The notes under the pieces: model-generated
What the model saw: the letters and a program-made list of their open reading frames with translations, nothing else
The model's database searches: none
What the model was told of the DNA's origin: nothing
Position numbers and translations under genes: made by a program
In this document: piece by piece, positions 37,225-47,199 of the stretch
How the letters are laid out: every line of letters begins with the position of its first letter
Position numbering within the stretch: the stretch's first letter is position 1
Virus record (IMG/VR): IMGVR_UViG_3300029305_006500
Strand: one strand, 5' to 3'
DNA length: 64,000 nt
From: a virus
Lineage: Duplodnaviria; Caudoviricetes

Positions 37225-38350
37225 ACTTAAAGAAGGTGCACCTAGTAGTGAGCTTTTCTTTAATTGGCCCGCTACGGTACAGGATAATAGACTAAATCAT
37301 CCGTCTGAAATAGAAGCTTTTTTAGAAGAGAATCTTACCGAAAATGAGGAATTATTAGGCTATTATACTAATATGCTTACAACAATGCCAGAGCATAAAG
37401 AATTTTTCGACTATGAGCTTAGAAGCCGTAATTTAGATATTTATATAGCTCCTGATAGTCATGAGTTAGATTATTACTCGAATCCTCAAAAAATTACAAG
37501 AGATTTAGTAGTAGAAGTAGCGAAAGCAAAAGATTTTGAGAAATTATTTAGAACGTTACGCTCTTTTTACGGTGTAGCTTTAAATGCACGACTTTGTGCA
37601 GCATTATTGGTCGCAATTTGCCTAGATAGAAAAGACTTAATAACAGCTATTAAAGGCCACATCAACAAAATAAATACTTTTAAAGCTCAAGCTAAAGCTT
37701 TTATTGAAAAAAATGCCACAGAAGCTATGGCCGAGAGAGTTATAGAGCTATATACCGAGTATGTAAATCTCTTACAAGCAAGAAAACAGCGTAAGCAAGC
37801 TAATGAGAGTAATCAATCTGGTATTAAAACAATCTCTTTATTAGAAGCTAGCACTTTAACTGCTTATGAAAAAATGGATCTTTTTAATAGAGGTCAACGC
37901 AGAGAAAATCTAAAAGCATGCTCTACCTTAAAATTAACTACTTATTATAAACTTTGCTTAAATAATAAATTTAAGAGAGCCGAGCGCTTAATCGCTACAG
38001 AACTTTTAAATAGAGGTGGTGGCGCTTATGTTAGGCCAGACCCAGTTGATATAGATGAAACCCAATTTACACCTTATGAGGCGCAGTTTGTTTTACAGAA
38101 TAAGAATTCTGTTGATACTATCATAGAGGGGGCGGCGCAATTCCCGTTTACTGGGCTAACCAGCTCAGATACTTTAACTATATATTTGATTTTTGCTATA
38201 GCTTTAGGAGAGACTACTGTAGTTAATGAAATCAAAAAACAAATGCGATTATATAACACCTATTATGAGATTATGCCTGAAATTCTAAATGAAATTTTAG
38301 CTAGGCCTGGGGTAACGGATAAGGTAACTGATATTATTAATAATCTTTAA
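37211..38350 (+). CDS. Protein with two copies of an unknown ~165-aa domain
   Basis: C-terminal half aligns by eye with 41900 ORF (EAST, GQRR.N, AQFV, RPGV). Confidence 0.7.
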   Translation: MKRIKLKEGAPSSELFFNWPATVQDNRLNHPSEIEAFLEENLTENEELLGYYTNMLTTMPEHKEFFDYELRSRNLDIYIAPDSHELDYYSNPQKITRDLVVEVAKAKDFEKLFRTLRSFYGVALNARLCAALLVAICLDRKDLITAIKGHINKINTFKAQAKAFIEKNATEAMAERVIELYTEYVNLLQARKQRKQANESNQSGIKTISLLEASTLTAYEKMDLFNRGQRRENLKACSTLKLTTYYKLCLNNKFKRAERLIATELLNRGGGAYVRPDPVDIDETQFTPYEAQFVLQNKNSVDTIIEGAAQFPFTGLTSSDTLTIYLIFAIALGETTVVNEIKKQMRLYNTYYEIMPEILNEILARPGVTDKVTDIINNL

Positions 38351-38362
38351 GGAGGCTGCCAT

Positions 38363-38881
38363 ATGAAAAAAAGAATAATAATAGAATCTGTGGCAGAGGA
38401 CAGAAAAAAATTCGTAAAGGCTTGTACTGCTACAGAACTAACTAAGCAGTATAGACAAGCATTAAATATTGGAGATTTTGATACATTAAAAATTCTTGAT
38501 GCTGAGTTATATGATCGTGGCTATACTTTTCATATCGCGCCTTTAGATACTATTCTACGACCCTCGGCTGAACTTTTTGGCGATGAGCTAGTTTGCTTAG
38601 TTATTGATGCAAAAGGCGATACAGATAAAATTTTTGAAAGAGCTGAAGACATACATAATAAAACAGGAACTCTGCCAGCTTCAACTGTATTACTTTGTTA
38701 TACTATTGCAACTGTTATTGGAGAGACAACACTAGCTCAAAAGCTGGCTAATTTTATGAAGCGCTGCCATACCTATGACCAGTTAATCAAAGGTTATTTA
38801 CAGCTTTGTAGTACGACAGCAGATATTTACAAAAGACTCGCAGAATTAACAGAGACAGCGGAGGCCTATAGATCATGGTAA
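38363..38881 (+). CDS. Single-copy member of the same unknown domain family
   Basis: KAC, AEL.DRG, IGETT, M...TY shared motifs. Confidence 0.65.
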   Translation: MKKRIIIESVAEDRKKFVKACTATELTKQYRQALNIGDFDTLKILDAELYDRGYTFHIAPLDTILRPSAELFGDELVCLVIDAKGDTDKIFERAEDIHNKTGTLPASTVLLCYTIATVIGETTLAQKLANFMKRCHTYDQLIKGYLQLCSTTADIYKRLAELTETAEAYRSW

Positions 38882-40404
38882 AAATAAATAAGAATTTTCA
38901 CCCTCGTAGTGTTGAGCTAGTAAAAGCATTTGATGAGGGGCGAATCAAGTTAGAGCTAGACGAATATCCCTTCGGCTCCTTAATAATGTATTATGAAATT
39001 GCGTTAGCTAATAATTTCAAAACTGCTGCAAGCAAGTTTGAAAAGGAGTTTGAGATTCAAGGCAAGCCAGAATGTATAGTGCCACGTCAGCTGTTCACTC
39101 AATTTAATCCTTCTATGATTAGCTTACCTTTTGCAGAAGAAGTTTGGAAAGCATCTTTACGATATTGTACTGACCTTGGTGCTGCTTGTTATAACTATTT
39201 TCCACCTAGTTATGGTTATATGATTGGCTACTTATTAGCAGTCAGTTTTGGCAAGCAAGATGTAGCTGCTTTTCTTAAAAATTTAATAAAATCTTATCCA
39301 CCAGTAGCTGATAGCATGCCTCATTTTTTAGAACTTGCTCAACAGCCTGCAATAGTTGAACGTATAGCTGAACTTCATAAAATATTAGAATCCCGAACTA
39401 ATTCTAGTATTTCGGAAGAACTAGAGCCAGTTGAAGAAGATATAGAAAAGCATGAGGAGTTAAATCCACTACTATTTGAAAATAACAAGCTTAAAAAAGA
39501 AGTAGCAGAGCGTGCTTTAGCTGTGGCAGATGAACTAGTAAAAATGTTGGATGAGAATAATGTTCAATTTAAATTAAAAGACTTAATTCTTACTGGTTCT
39601 AATGCTAGCTATAACTATACAAAAGATAGTGATATTGACCTTCATTTAGTTGCAGACCTTTCTGAGTTTGAAGACCCCGATGGCTTATATCCAATTATCT
39701 ATCAAGCTTATAAGAGTGCTTTTAATAAAAAATATGAAATAGATTTTTATGGAATTCCTGTTGAAGTTTATATAGAATGTGAAGATACTCCATTAGTAAG
39801 TAATGGTATCTACTCTATATTAAATGATGAATGGATAAAAGAACCAGAACAAGTTAGTATCCCAGATGTAGATATGGACGCTATTAAAAAAGCAGTAGAA
39901 CCTTGGGAAGAACGTTATAATAAACTAGTTAATGATATTGAATCTGGTAATCTCGAGGATGAGACTAAGATAGATACCTTTGTAAATGATTTATATGAGA
40001 TTAGAGCAGAAGGACTTAAAGAAGGTGAATATGCTGAGGGTAATCTTATCTTTAAAGAAATGCGTAATAAAGGTTATTTAGATAAACTTAAAGACTTACG
40101 TGATAAAGTAATTGGAGATAAATTAACTCTTGAAAGCTTAACTGAAAGGCTTTCTAACAGAGATATTGATCATTATCGAACCGAGATTCAACGGCTTACT
40201 TTTGAGCAACCTATTATACAACCAAATGGTATATTTGAGATTTATAATGTAAAAGAAAAAGATACTCAAGGTATTCTTGATATATTACGCAGACAAGATT
40301 TTATTGATTTTGTACAAGTATCTGCTTCTAGGTATGACTTTAGTACTTTTGCCCGAAGTGGCATTCCGACTCAATTATATAGGATATACGGACAAATAAA
40401 ATAA
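38875..40404 (+). CDS. Unknown domain fused to a Pol-beta-family nucleotidyltransferase
   Basis: LTGSNASYNYTKDSDIDLH (GS...DxD), PVEVY. Confidence 0.8.
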   Translation: MVKINKNFHPRSVELVKAFDEGRIKLELDEYPFGSLIMYYEIALANNFKTAASKFEKEFEIQGKPECIVPRQLFTQFNPSMISLPFAEEVWKASLRYCTDLGAACYNYFPPSYGYMIGYLLAVSFGKQDVAAFLKNLIKSYPPVADSMPHFLELAQQPAIVERIAELHKILESRTNSSISEELEPVEEDIEKHEELNPLLFENNKLKKEVAERALAVADELVKMLDENNVQFKLKDLILTGSNASYNYTKDSDIDLHLVADLSEFEDPDGLYPIIYQAYKSAFNKKYEIDFYGIPVEVYIECEDTPLVSNGIYSILNDEWIKEPEQVSIPDVDMDAIKKAVEPWEERYNKLVNDIESGNLEDETKIDTFVNDLYEIRAEGLKEGEYAEGNLIFKEMRNKGYLDKLKDLRDKVIGDKLTLESLTERLSNRDIDHYRTEIQRLTFEQPIIQPNGIFEIYNVKEKDTQGILDILRRQDFIDFVQVSASRYDFSTFARSGIPTQLYRIYGQIK

Positions 40405-40431
40405 GGGGAATAAAAATCCCCTTATTTTTTT
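40398..40431 (+). terminator. Intrinsic terminator
   Basis: AAATAAGGGGA/TCCCCTTATTT plus T tract. Confidence 0.8.
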
Positions 40432-40458
40432 ATTTTCTTGTATAAAGATTCTTTAATT

Positions 40459-40468
40459 TGCTAAATTA
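40459..40468 (+). promoter_or_regulatory. Putative late promoter TGCTAAATTA
   Basis: Motif match. Confidence 0.7.
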
Positions 40469-40505
40469 TACGATAAGCAGCTTTTACAGAAAGGAAATAA
40501 GTATA

Positions 40506-41903
40506 ATGCAAGAAACAATGAAAACTTTGTATTTTCTAAGTAAAGAGCCTGTTGAGCTTTTAATACCTAAAGAAAGTAATGCAGATAATGCAGCTCCTTT
40601 TGTAAGGCTTAGCGGTTCGATTCCTGGTTATTTATATATGCTTCAAGAAAACGTAAGTAATGAACAATTTTATGTTTATTCTATTACTACTGATGAGTAT
40701 TTTATTCCTACGCTAGCAGAAGCTCCTAATAAGCATTTAACTGAAGAATTAAGAGTAAACTTTGCTTTTACTCCTGATTATCTATATACTATTAAAGTTA
40801 AAGAACAAAGTACTCCAATTATGGAAAACTTTAATGGACAGATGTCATTACTTCCACAGTGGGATATAGAAATTATAGAAGATAAAAAGCTTACTGAGGA
40901 CACACGCGTTGTTTTAGTAAATAAGTCTAAAGGTGCTGGTCCTTATAAAAATCAAATGAGAGGAAAAAATCGTTTTGAGCGTAAAAAGCACTCTCAAATA
41001 GCTAAGACTGTAAAGCAATATAATAAAATAGATATGAATAAAGTCTTTAAGGAAGATATTCTTGAAGTTTCTATTCCAGTTATAGGTGAAACTGATAGCT
41101 ATACTGTTAACATTCGTTTAGAAGGTGTAGTAAAAGAAATAGCTAAAAATATTAAGAATAATCAAAACAAACTTGAGTACAAAACTATTGTGCAATCTTT
41201 AACCAAAATTTTTAACTCTGGCAATGTATGGGTAAAATGCTCGTGTCCAGACTATAAATATCGTTTTGCTCATTGGAATATTGTAAATCGGGTTTCGGTA
41301 GATGATACCTCTAAAGACCCTGGACCTGGAAAAGGTATTGCAAATCCAAATGACGATAAAGGTAGAGGCTGTAAGCATGTACTACTATGCTTGGCTAATG
41401 GTGACTGGGTAATGAAAGTATCCAGTGTAATAAACAATTATATTCATTACGCCGAAGAAAAACTTCAAAAGCCTTTCTTAAAACTTATATTTCCTAAGCT
41501 CTATGGAGTACCTTATGATGAAGCTGTAGAAAATAATTTACTACCTGATGATTTCGAGCTAGACAGCTCTGAAAGTATTATAGATGCTATTAATGATTGG
41601 GGTAAAAATAGAGGCAAGATGAAAAAAGGCTCTAATATTAATCCAGTATATGCTAATAAGCTTTCTGCAGAACAGAAAAAGAAATCAGCTAATGAGGTTA
41701 AGCCTGAGGAGCCTAAGAATAAGTCTAAGAGCCCAGAAAAGCAAAAAGAAGCTACAACGCCTATGGAAAAAGAAAAGGCCTCAGAAGCTGAAAAAACTAA
41801 GCCTGAGCAAACTTCTAAACCTGTAGAAGATAAAGCAAATGTAACAGGCAAAACACCTAACAAACCAGACAATGAGGATAAAACAGATAAGGAAAAGAAA
41901 TGA
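40506..41903 (+). CDS. SWIM zinc-finger protein with charged tail
   Basis: VKCSCPDY...GCKH; start chosen by AAAGGA RBS. Confidence 0.75.
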   Translation: MQETMKTLYFLSKEPVELLIPKESNADNAAPFVRLSGSIPGYLYMLQENVSNEQFYVYSITTDEYFIPTLAEAPNKHLTEELRVNFAFTPDYLYTIKVKEQSTPIMENFNGQMSLLPQWDIEIIEDKKLTEDTRVVLVNKSKGAGPYKNQMRGKNRFERKKHSQIAKTVKQYNKIDMNKVFKEDILEVSIPVIGETDSYTVNIRLEGVVKEIAKNIKNNQNKLEYKTIVQSLTKIFNSGNVWVKCSCPDYKYRFAHWNIVNRVSVDDTSKDPGPGKGIANPNDDKGRGCKHVLLCLANGDWVMKVSSVINNYIHYAEEKLQKPFLKLIFPKLYGVPYDEAVENNLLPDDFELDSSESIIDAINDWGKNRGKMKKGSNINPVYANKLSAEQKKKSANEVKPEEPKNKSKSPEKQKEATTPMEKEKASEAEKTKPEQTSKPVEDKANVTGKTPNKPDNEDKTDKEKK

Positions 41904-42457
41904 AAAAAACTATAATTACTGAAGCATCTACAATGAGTCAGCTTGATAAAATGTACCAATGTGAGCACGGTCAGCGTCGGCAAAACTGGCGCTCCTGTAG
42001 TCTTGATAAGCTCAAAGAGAACTATAGAATCTGCTTATATCAAAACTTTACGAAGGCCGGTGGAGAGGCAGAAGCAGAAATTATTCACCGTGAAATGTGG
42101 GGGCTACTAGCACCAAGACCTTTTAATATCGATAATTTTTCTACAAATCATGCTCAATTTGTTTGGGATAATAGAAAAACTTATCATAGGATAATGCAAG
42201 CTGCTTCTGAATGTCCTATAACTTGTGGAGACACTTTAAGACCTTCTGAGTATCTTACTAGAGCTTTTATATTAGCTTTGGCTATGGATAATCCTGAACT
42301 AGATGCTTTTATAAATGCAGTAAAAGCAACAATGCGAGCACAGGAAACTTATTCAGGCTTAATGCCAAAATATTTAAACGATATTGCTAATCGGCCAGGA
42401 GTTGCAGACGCCGTTGCTGTTGCAGTTGCTGGGGTGGATTACCTAAAAACTGTATAA
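41900..42457 (+). CDS. Member of the unknown repeated domain family
   Basis: MKKTIITE|AST; paralogous to the C-terminal half of the 37211 ORF. Confidence 0.7.
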   Translation: MKKTIITEASTMSQLDKMYQCEHGQRRQNWRSCSLDKLKENYRICLYQNFTKAGGEAEAEIIHREMWGLLAPRPFNIDNFSTNHAQFVWDNRKTYHRIMQAASECPITCGDTLRPSEYLTRAFILALAMDNPELDAFINAVKATMRAQETYSGLMPKYLNDIANRPGVADAVAVAVAGVDYLKTV

Positions 42458-42518
42458 AAATCACAAATATTGTATTATATAAATATAAGGCATTTATGAA
42501 AGGAGAAATTTCAAGTAG

Positions 42519-44597
42519 ATGATTTCTAATGAAAATCCATTATTAGATATTAGTGCCTTAGATGGTTTAAATGAAGAGGAACGAAAATTAGCTCTTGAGA
42601 TCTTAAAGGAATTTTCACAAGAAGGAGTTTCTACTCTTCTAGATACTCTTCAGTATGGAGACTTTGAAGAAATTCCAGTTGATATAGATACCTTCTTAGA
42701 TGATGATAGATACTTAGGTAAGGGCTTATGGGAAGTAGATGTCTTATCTGGCACTCGACGGTGTACTATATTTCCATATTGGCGAGAGACTTTAAAAAAG
42801 CTATTCCCAGATAATTTAACAACAGCCTACAATACACTAATTTTAACCGGTGCTATCGGTATTGGTAAATCTTTTGTAGGTGTTATTGCTATGTTATATT
42901 TATTATACAGGATGCTTTGTCTAAAAGACCCCTATGGCTATTTTGGAATGCAGCCAATAGATAAGATAACTTTTTCCATGTTAAATATAACATTAGATGC
43001 CGCACAAGGTGTTGCTTGGGACAAAGCTCAGCAAATGATACAAAGCTCTTCTTGGTTTATGGATCATGGAGCAGTTAATGCCAGTCGTTCTAATCCTATG
43101 TGGCAACCCGGAAAACATATTGAGTTAATTTTTGGTTCCCAAAATAGACACGTCGTTGGTCGTGCTTTATTTTGTAATCTAACTGATGAAGTTAACTTTG
43201 GTATAGGTAGTGACGTAGAAAAAAAGAAAGCAAAGCAGAAAAAATTAATTGCTCAAATTGATGCACGTATGCGTTCACGTTTCTTACGTGGAACATACTT
43301 ACCCACTCTTAACATAATTATATCGTCAAAAGATACTGAACAAGCTTTCCTTGATTCTTACATAAATATCAAGAAACAAAATGAAAGTAAAACTACACTT
43401 ATTATTGATGAGGCACAGTGGGTAGTAGACCCAAGAAAAGGATCACCTAATGATCCAGGTGCTTTCTATGTTGCAGTAGGTAATAAATTTCTTGCTCATG
43501 AGCTCTTACCTCCTAGACTACCAGAAGAAGAGGTAGATAAATATCGTGAAAAGGGTTATAGTTTACTAAAAATCCCACCTGGCTATCGAGAAGATTTTGA
43601 AACAAACTTAGATCAAGCTTTAATGGATATTGCAGGTATTTCTACTTCTAGTAACACTAAATATATATCAGGTGTTAGACTTAACCAAGCTAAGGTTGAT
43701 ACATATATAAATCCGTTTATGCGTGATATAATAGAAGTTGGTAATAGTCCAGATGATCATTTGCAGTATGCTAACTTTTTTGATTTATCAAAAATTGATC
43801 CAAAAGATTTATCTAAGCCCTTATTTATTCATTTAGATATGTCGCTTTCAGGAGATAAAACTGGTATTGCTGGTACCTGGATCACTGGAAAATATCCTAC
43901 TCAGGTTGGTGAAAATCAAGATTCTTCAAGAGAGCTTCAATATAAACTTGCTTTCTCAGTATCAGTAAAGGCTCCAAAAGGTTTTCAAGTTAGTTTTGAA
44001 AAAAATAGAAACTTTATTAGATGGCTACGTGATAGAGGCTTTGCCATAAAAGGTGTATCAAGTGATACATATCAAAGCGCCCAAATACAACAAGATTTAA
44101 AGAGTGATGGTTTTAAAACTGAAATAATTTCAGTGGATAGAATTGATGGTACTAGCAGAATGTGTTTACCCTATCACTATTTAAAATCTGCAATTTATGA
44201 GCGTAGAGTTAAAATTTATAAAAAATGTGACTTACTTACAGAGGAGCTAGTAGGTCTTGAACGTCTTTCTGATGGGCATATCGACCATACAGCTGACGGT
44301 ATAAACTCAAAAGACCAAGCAGACGCTTTTTGTGGTTCGCTTTACTTAGCTTCTAAATTTGCAGATGAATATGCGTATAGTTATGGAGAAAATCTCGATG
44401 CAGCACTAGACGTAAGTTTAGAACAAACAGATTCTATGTTAAAATCACAGATGATTGCCGATTTTGAAAACGAATTAACAAAACTTTATTTTGATACTTG
44501 TAAAGAAATGCAGTATGCAGATGCTTTAATATCAAAGCAGCAAAGAGAAGAATATGAACGCTATAGAGATATAGCGGACGGTATAATAATCTTATAA
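42519..44597 (+). CDS. Terminase large subunit
   Basis: TGAIGIGKS Walker A, TDE Walker B, HLDMS..GD nuclease, KDQADA. Confidence 0.88.
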   Translation: MISNENPLLDISALDGLNEEERKLALEILKEFSQEGVSTLLDTLQYGDFEEIPVDIDTFLDDDRYLGKGLWEVDVLSGTRRCTIFPYWRETLKKLFPDNLTTAYNTLILTGAIGIGKSFVGVIAMLYLLYRMLCLKDPYGYFGMQPIDKITFSMLNITLDAAQGVAWDKAQQMIQSSSWFMDHGAVNASRSNPMWQPGKHIELIFGSQNRHVVGRALFCNLTDEVNFGIGSDVEKKKAKQKKLIAQIDARMRSRFLRGTYLPTLNIIISSKDTEQAFLDSYINIKKQNESKTTLIIDEAQWVVDPRKGSPNDPGAFYVAVGNKFLAHELLPPRLPEEEVDKYREKGYSLLKIPPGYREDFETNLDQALMDIAGISTSSNTKYISGVRLNQAKVDTYINPFMRDIIEVGNSPDDHLQYANFFDLSKIDPKDLSKPLFIHLDMSLSGDKTGIAGTWITGKYPTQVGENQDSSRELQYKLAFSVSVKAPKGFQVSFEKNRNFIRWLRDRGFAIKGVSSDTYQSAQIQQDLKSDGFKTEIISVDRIDGTSRMCLPYHYLKSAIYERRVKIYKKCDLLTEELVGLERLSDGHIDHTADGINSKDQADAFCGSLYLASKFADEYAYSYGENLDAALDVSLEQTDSMLKSQMIADFENELTKLYFDTCKEMQYADALISKQQREEYERYRDIADGIIIL

Positions 44598-44614
44598 AGG
44601 AGAACTAATATCTA

Positions 44615-46576
44615 ATGGCAAATGAAGAGACCAAAGATATATTAAAGACTGCAACAAACAGTCCCCTGATTGGTCATCAGGCAAAACCAACAGTGTTGGA
44701 TTCCACTACCAAATTAGATATTGATACTACTAAGTCTTTAGTAGATAATATCATAGAGGCAGGCCTAAGTAATACGCTGGATGCATCCGCACTAGAAAAT
44801 TTTACTACAATTTCAAATGCGCGAGACCAGATTTATCAATTAATTGATACTATGTGTCAAGATTCAGCTGTTTCCTCTATTGTACGTACATATTCCGAAG
44901 ACGTATGTGAAACTGGAGACAATGGACATATTGTATGGTGTGAGTCATCAGACCCTAATACAGCTAAGTTCGTTAATTATTTACTTAATGTTATGAACGT
45001 AGATAAGAAAATTTTTGGCTGGACCTATGCTCTTATAAAGTATGGCGATGTTTATTTAAGACTTTATAGAGAATCCGACTATAAAGACCCTATCTTTAAA
45101 AAGAAAGCTGAAAGAAGTAAGCTAAATGAGTCTGTAGATGACAAAGCTTTAGATGAAGCTGTAAAACTTAGCGTACATACTGCTGGCGATAAATATAGTT
45201 ACTATGTTGAAATGATAGCTGACCCCGGTACGATGTTTGAACTTACTAAATTTGGTCAAACTTATGGTTATATTGAGGTGCCTAATCAAGCAAATGCTAT
45301 TGATTCTGGAAGCTATACCGGTGCTACGACTGGTCTAATAGGTGGCGCATCCGCTAATCCATTCAACTTCAAATATGGTACTAAGGATGTAAATATTTAT
45401 CAAGCAGATGATTTTGTACATGCCTGTCTTGAGGACAATATTTCAAGATTTCCTGAAACTGTCGACCTTTTCTATGAAACACAGAACGCAGAAATAGAAG
45501 GTACTACTGCAGAAACTTATACTTATACAGTAAAACGTGGTAAATCTTTACTTTATGATGCTTACAAAATATGGCGTGAAAAGGCTTTATTAGAATCAGC
45601 CGTGCTCCTTAGCCGTATTACTAGATCAGGTATTGTAAGAAAAGTCGGTGTTGAAGTTGGAGATATGAGCAAGGAACAAGTACAAGCTACCTTACGAAGA
45701 GTTAAAGAGCTCTTTGAACAGAAGGCAGCTTATAATACAGATAAAGCTTTTTCAGAATACAATAATCCAGGTGCAGTAGAAAACTTTATTTATTATGCTA
45801 CTCATAACGGCCAAGGTGCGATTACTGTAGAATCTGTAGGTGGAGATTTTGATCCTAAACAGCTCACAGATTTGGACTGGTGGAACAATAAATTTTATTC
45901 TTCTTTCGGTATTCCAAAGCAATATTTTGGCTGGACTGATGATGGGGCGGGCTTCAATGGTGGATCTGCTCTAACTGTTATTTCTAGTGTTTATTCTAAA
46001 GGTGTAAAAAGAGTACAAAACTGTATCCTTCAAATGATTACTGATGCTATTAATCTATTTTTATTGGATAGAGGCTGTAAAGCATTTTTAAATAATTTTA
46101 CATTAAAGATGCGTGCTCCATTGACACAAGAAGAAATTAGTTATCGTGAAAGCTTTACTAATAAAGTATCAGCTTTAAGTAACGTTAATAGCTTATTTAC
46201 TGATGTAGAAAATAAAGCTAGACGCCTACAAATTCTTAAATCGTTGTTAACAACTATTGAAATCGGTGGAGATGTACTTGAAGCTGTTCAAAAAGAAATT
46301 GAAGCAGCTGAAGAAGAGGCTGCTAAGGCAGCTGAAGAAGCAGAGCTTACAGGTGAAGATAGTTTAGAATCAGATGACCAGACTTTAACAGATGAAATTG
46401 ATACTACAGAGGAAGAAGAGCTTCCAGCTATGCCAGACTCTGAGCTAGCTGCTGAGGGCTTTACCTCACATGGTGGAGCGGAAACTCTAGTGGAAGACCA
46501 ATTTATTTTTGAAAGTGATGACCTGCCTACACCAGAAGAAGCAGATAATGAAATAGATTTTACAGAGAATAATTAA
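44615..46576 (+). CDS. Portal protein (T4 gp20-like)
   Basis: KYGDVYL, LESAVLLSRITRS, VEVGDM, FGIPK; follows TerL. Confidence 0.85.
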   Translation: MANEETKDILKTATNSPLIGHQAKPTVLDSTTKLDIDTTKSLVDNIIEAGLSNTLDASALENFTTISNARDQIYQLIDTMCQDSAVSSIVRTYSEDVCETGDNGHIVWCESSDPNTAKFVNYLLNVMNVDKKIFGWTYALIKYGDVYLRLYRESDYKDPIFKKKAERSKLNESVDDKALDEAVKLSVHTAGDKYSYYVEMIADPGTMFELTKFGQTYGYIEVPNQANAIDSGSYTGATTGLIGGASANPFNFKYGTKDVNIYQADDFVHACLEDNISRFPETVDLFYETQNAEIEGTTAETYTYTVKRGKSLLYDAYKIWREKALLESAVLLSRITRSGIVRKVGVEVGDMSKEQVQATLRRVKELFEQKAAYNTDKAFSEYNNPGAVENFIYYATHNGQGAITVESVGGDFDPKQLTDLDWWNNKFYSSFGIPKQYFGWTDDGAGFNGGSALTVISSVYSKGVKRVQNCILQMITDAINLFLLDRGCKAFLNNFTLKMRAPLTQEEISYRESFTNKVSALSNVNSLFTDVENKARRLQILKSLLTTIEIGGDVLEAVQKEIEAAEEEAAKAAEEAELTGEDSLESDDQTLTDEIDTTEEEELPAMPDSELAAEGFTSHGGAETLVEDQFIFESDDLPTPEEADNEIDFTENN

Positions 46577-46604
46577 GTAAATATAAATTGTAAAGGAAAA
46601 CTAT

Positions 46605-47075
46605 ATGATTACTAAAAATGATTGTTTATCTATTCTCGTAAAACTTGAGGATAGCGGAATTTCTGAAGCTAACATTTATATTAAAAAAATGTTTTTAGCA
46701 AAAGAACCACCAATAGAGGTGCTACGATTTATCGCCCAAAACAGGGGCTTTGAAATTAGTCATTTTTATGAAGTACTACGTAAAAGCCATAACAAAAATA
46801 AATCTCCTCTATATACTAATATCGTAAGAGAAATTTCAGATCCAAAAGAAATTACTACTACGCTTTCAAGTTTACTTACCCAAATTCTTTTATATGGAAA
46901 TAAATTAGCTCATCCGCTAGCTTTTTATAAAGAAGCCAGAGCGGAAGAAATTTCAAGAGTACTAAATACATATTTTAAAACGGGTGACTTAGATTCTTGT
47001 ATTGCTTTATTAAGAATAATCAAATCAGACTTATTGGTAATGGAATATATCTCAGGACGAAGAGATTTAATTTAA
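46605..47075 (+). CDS. Hypothetical protein
   Basis: 156-aa ORF with RBS. Confidence 0.65.
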   Translation: MITKNDCLSILVKLEDSGISEANIYIKKMFLAKEPPIEVLRFIAQNRGFEISHFYEVLRKSHNKNKSPLYTNIVREISDPKEITTTLSSLLTQILLYGNKLAHPLAFYKEARAEEISRVLNTYFKTGDLDSCIALLRIIKSDLLVMEYISGRRDLI

Positions 47076-47078
47076 AAT

Positions 47079-47109
47079 GAAAAGAAGAGGTTTTGACCTC
47101 TTCTTTTTT
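47079..47109 (+). terminator. Intrinsic terminator
   Basis: AAAAGAAGAGG/CCTCTTCTTTT. Confidence 0.8.
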
Positions 47110-47125
47110 ATTACTAAAATTAATT

Positions 47126-47135
47126 CGCTAAATTA
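47126..47135 (+). promoter_or_regulatory. Putative late promoter CGCTAAATTA followed by 5' hairpin (47143-47165)
   Basis: Motif match; CGGTTGGGC/GCTTAGCCG. Confidence 0.7.
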
Positions 47136-47199
47136 ATTGATTCGGTTGGGCATAACGCTTAGCCGGTAAAAACATATAGAATTATAAGGAGATTTTCTA

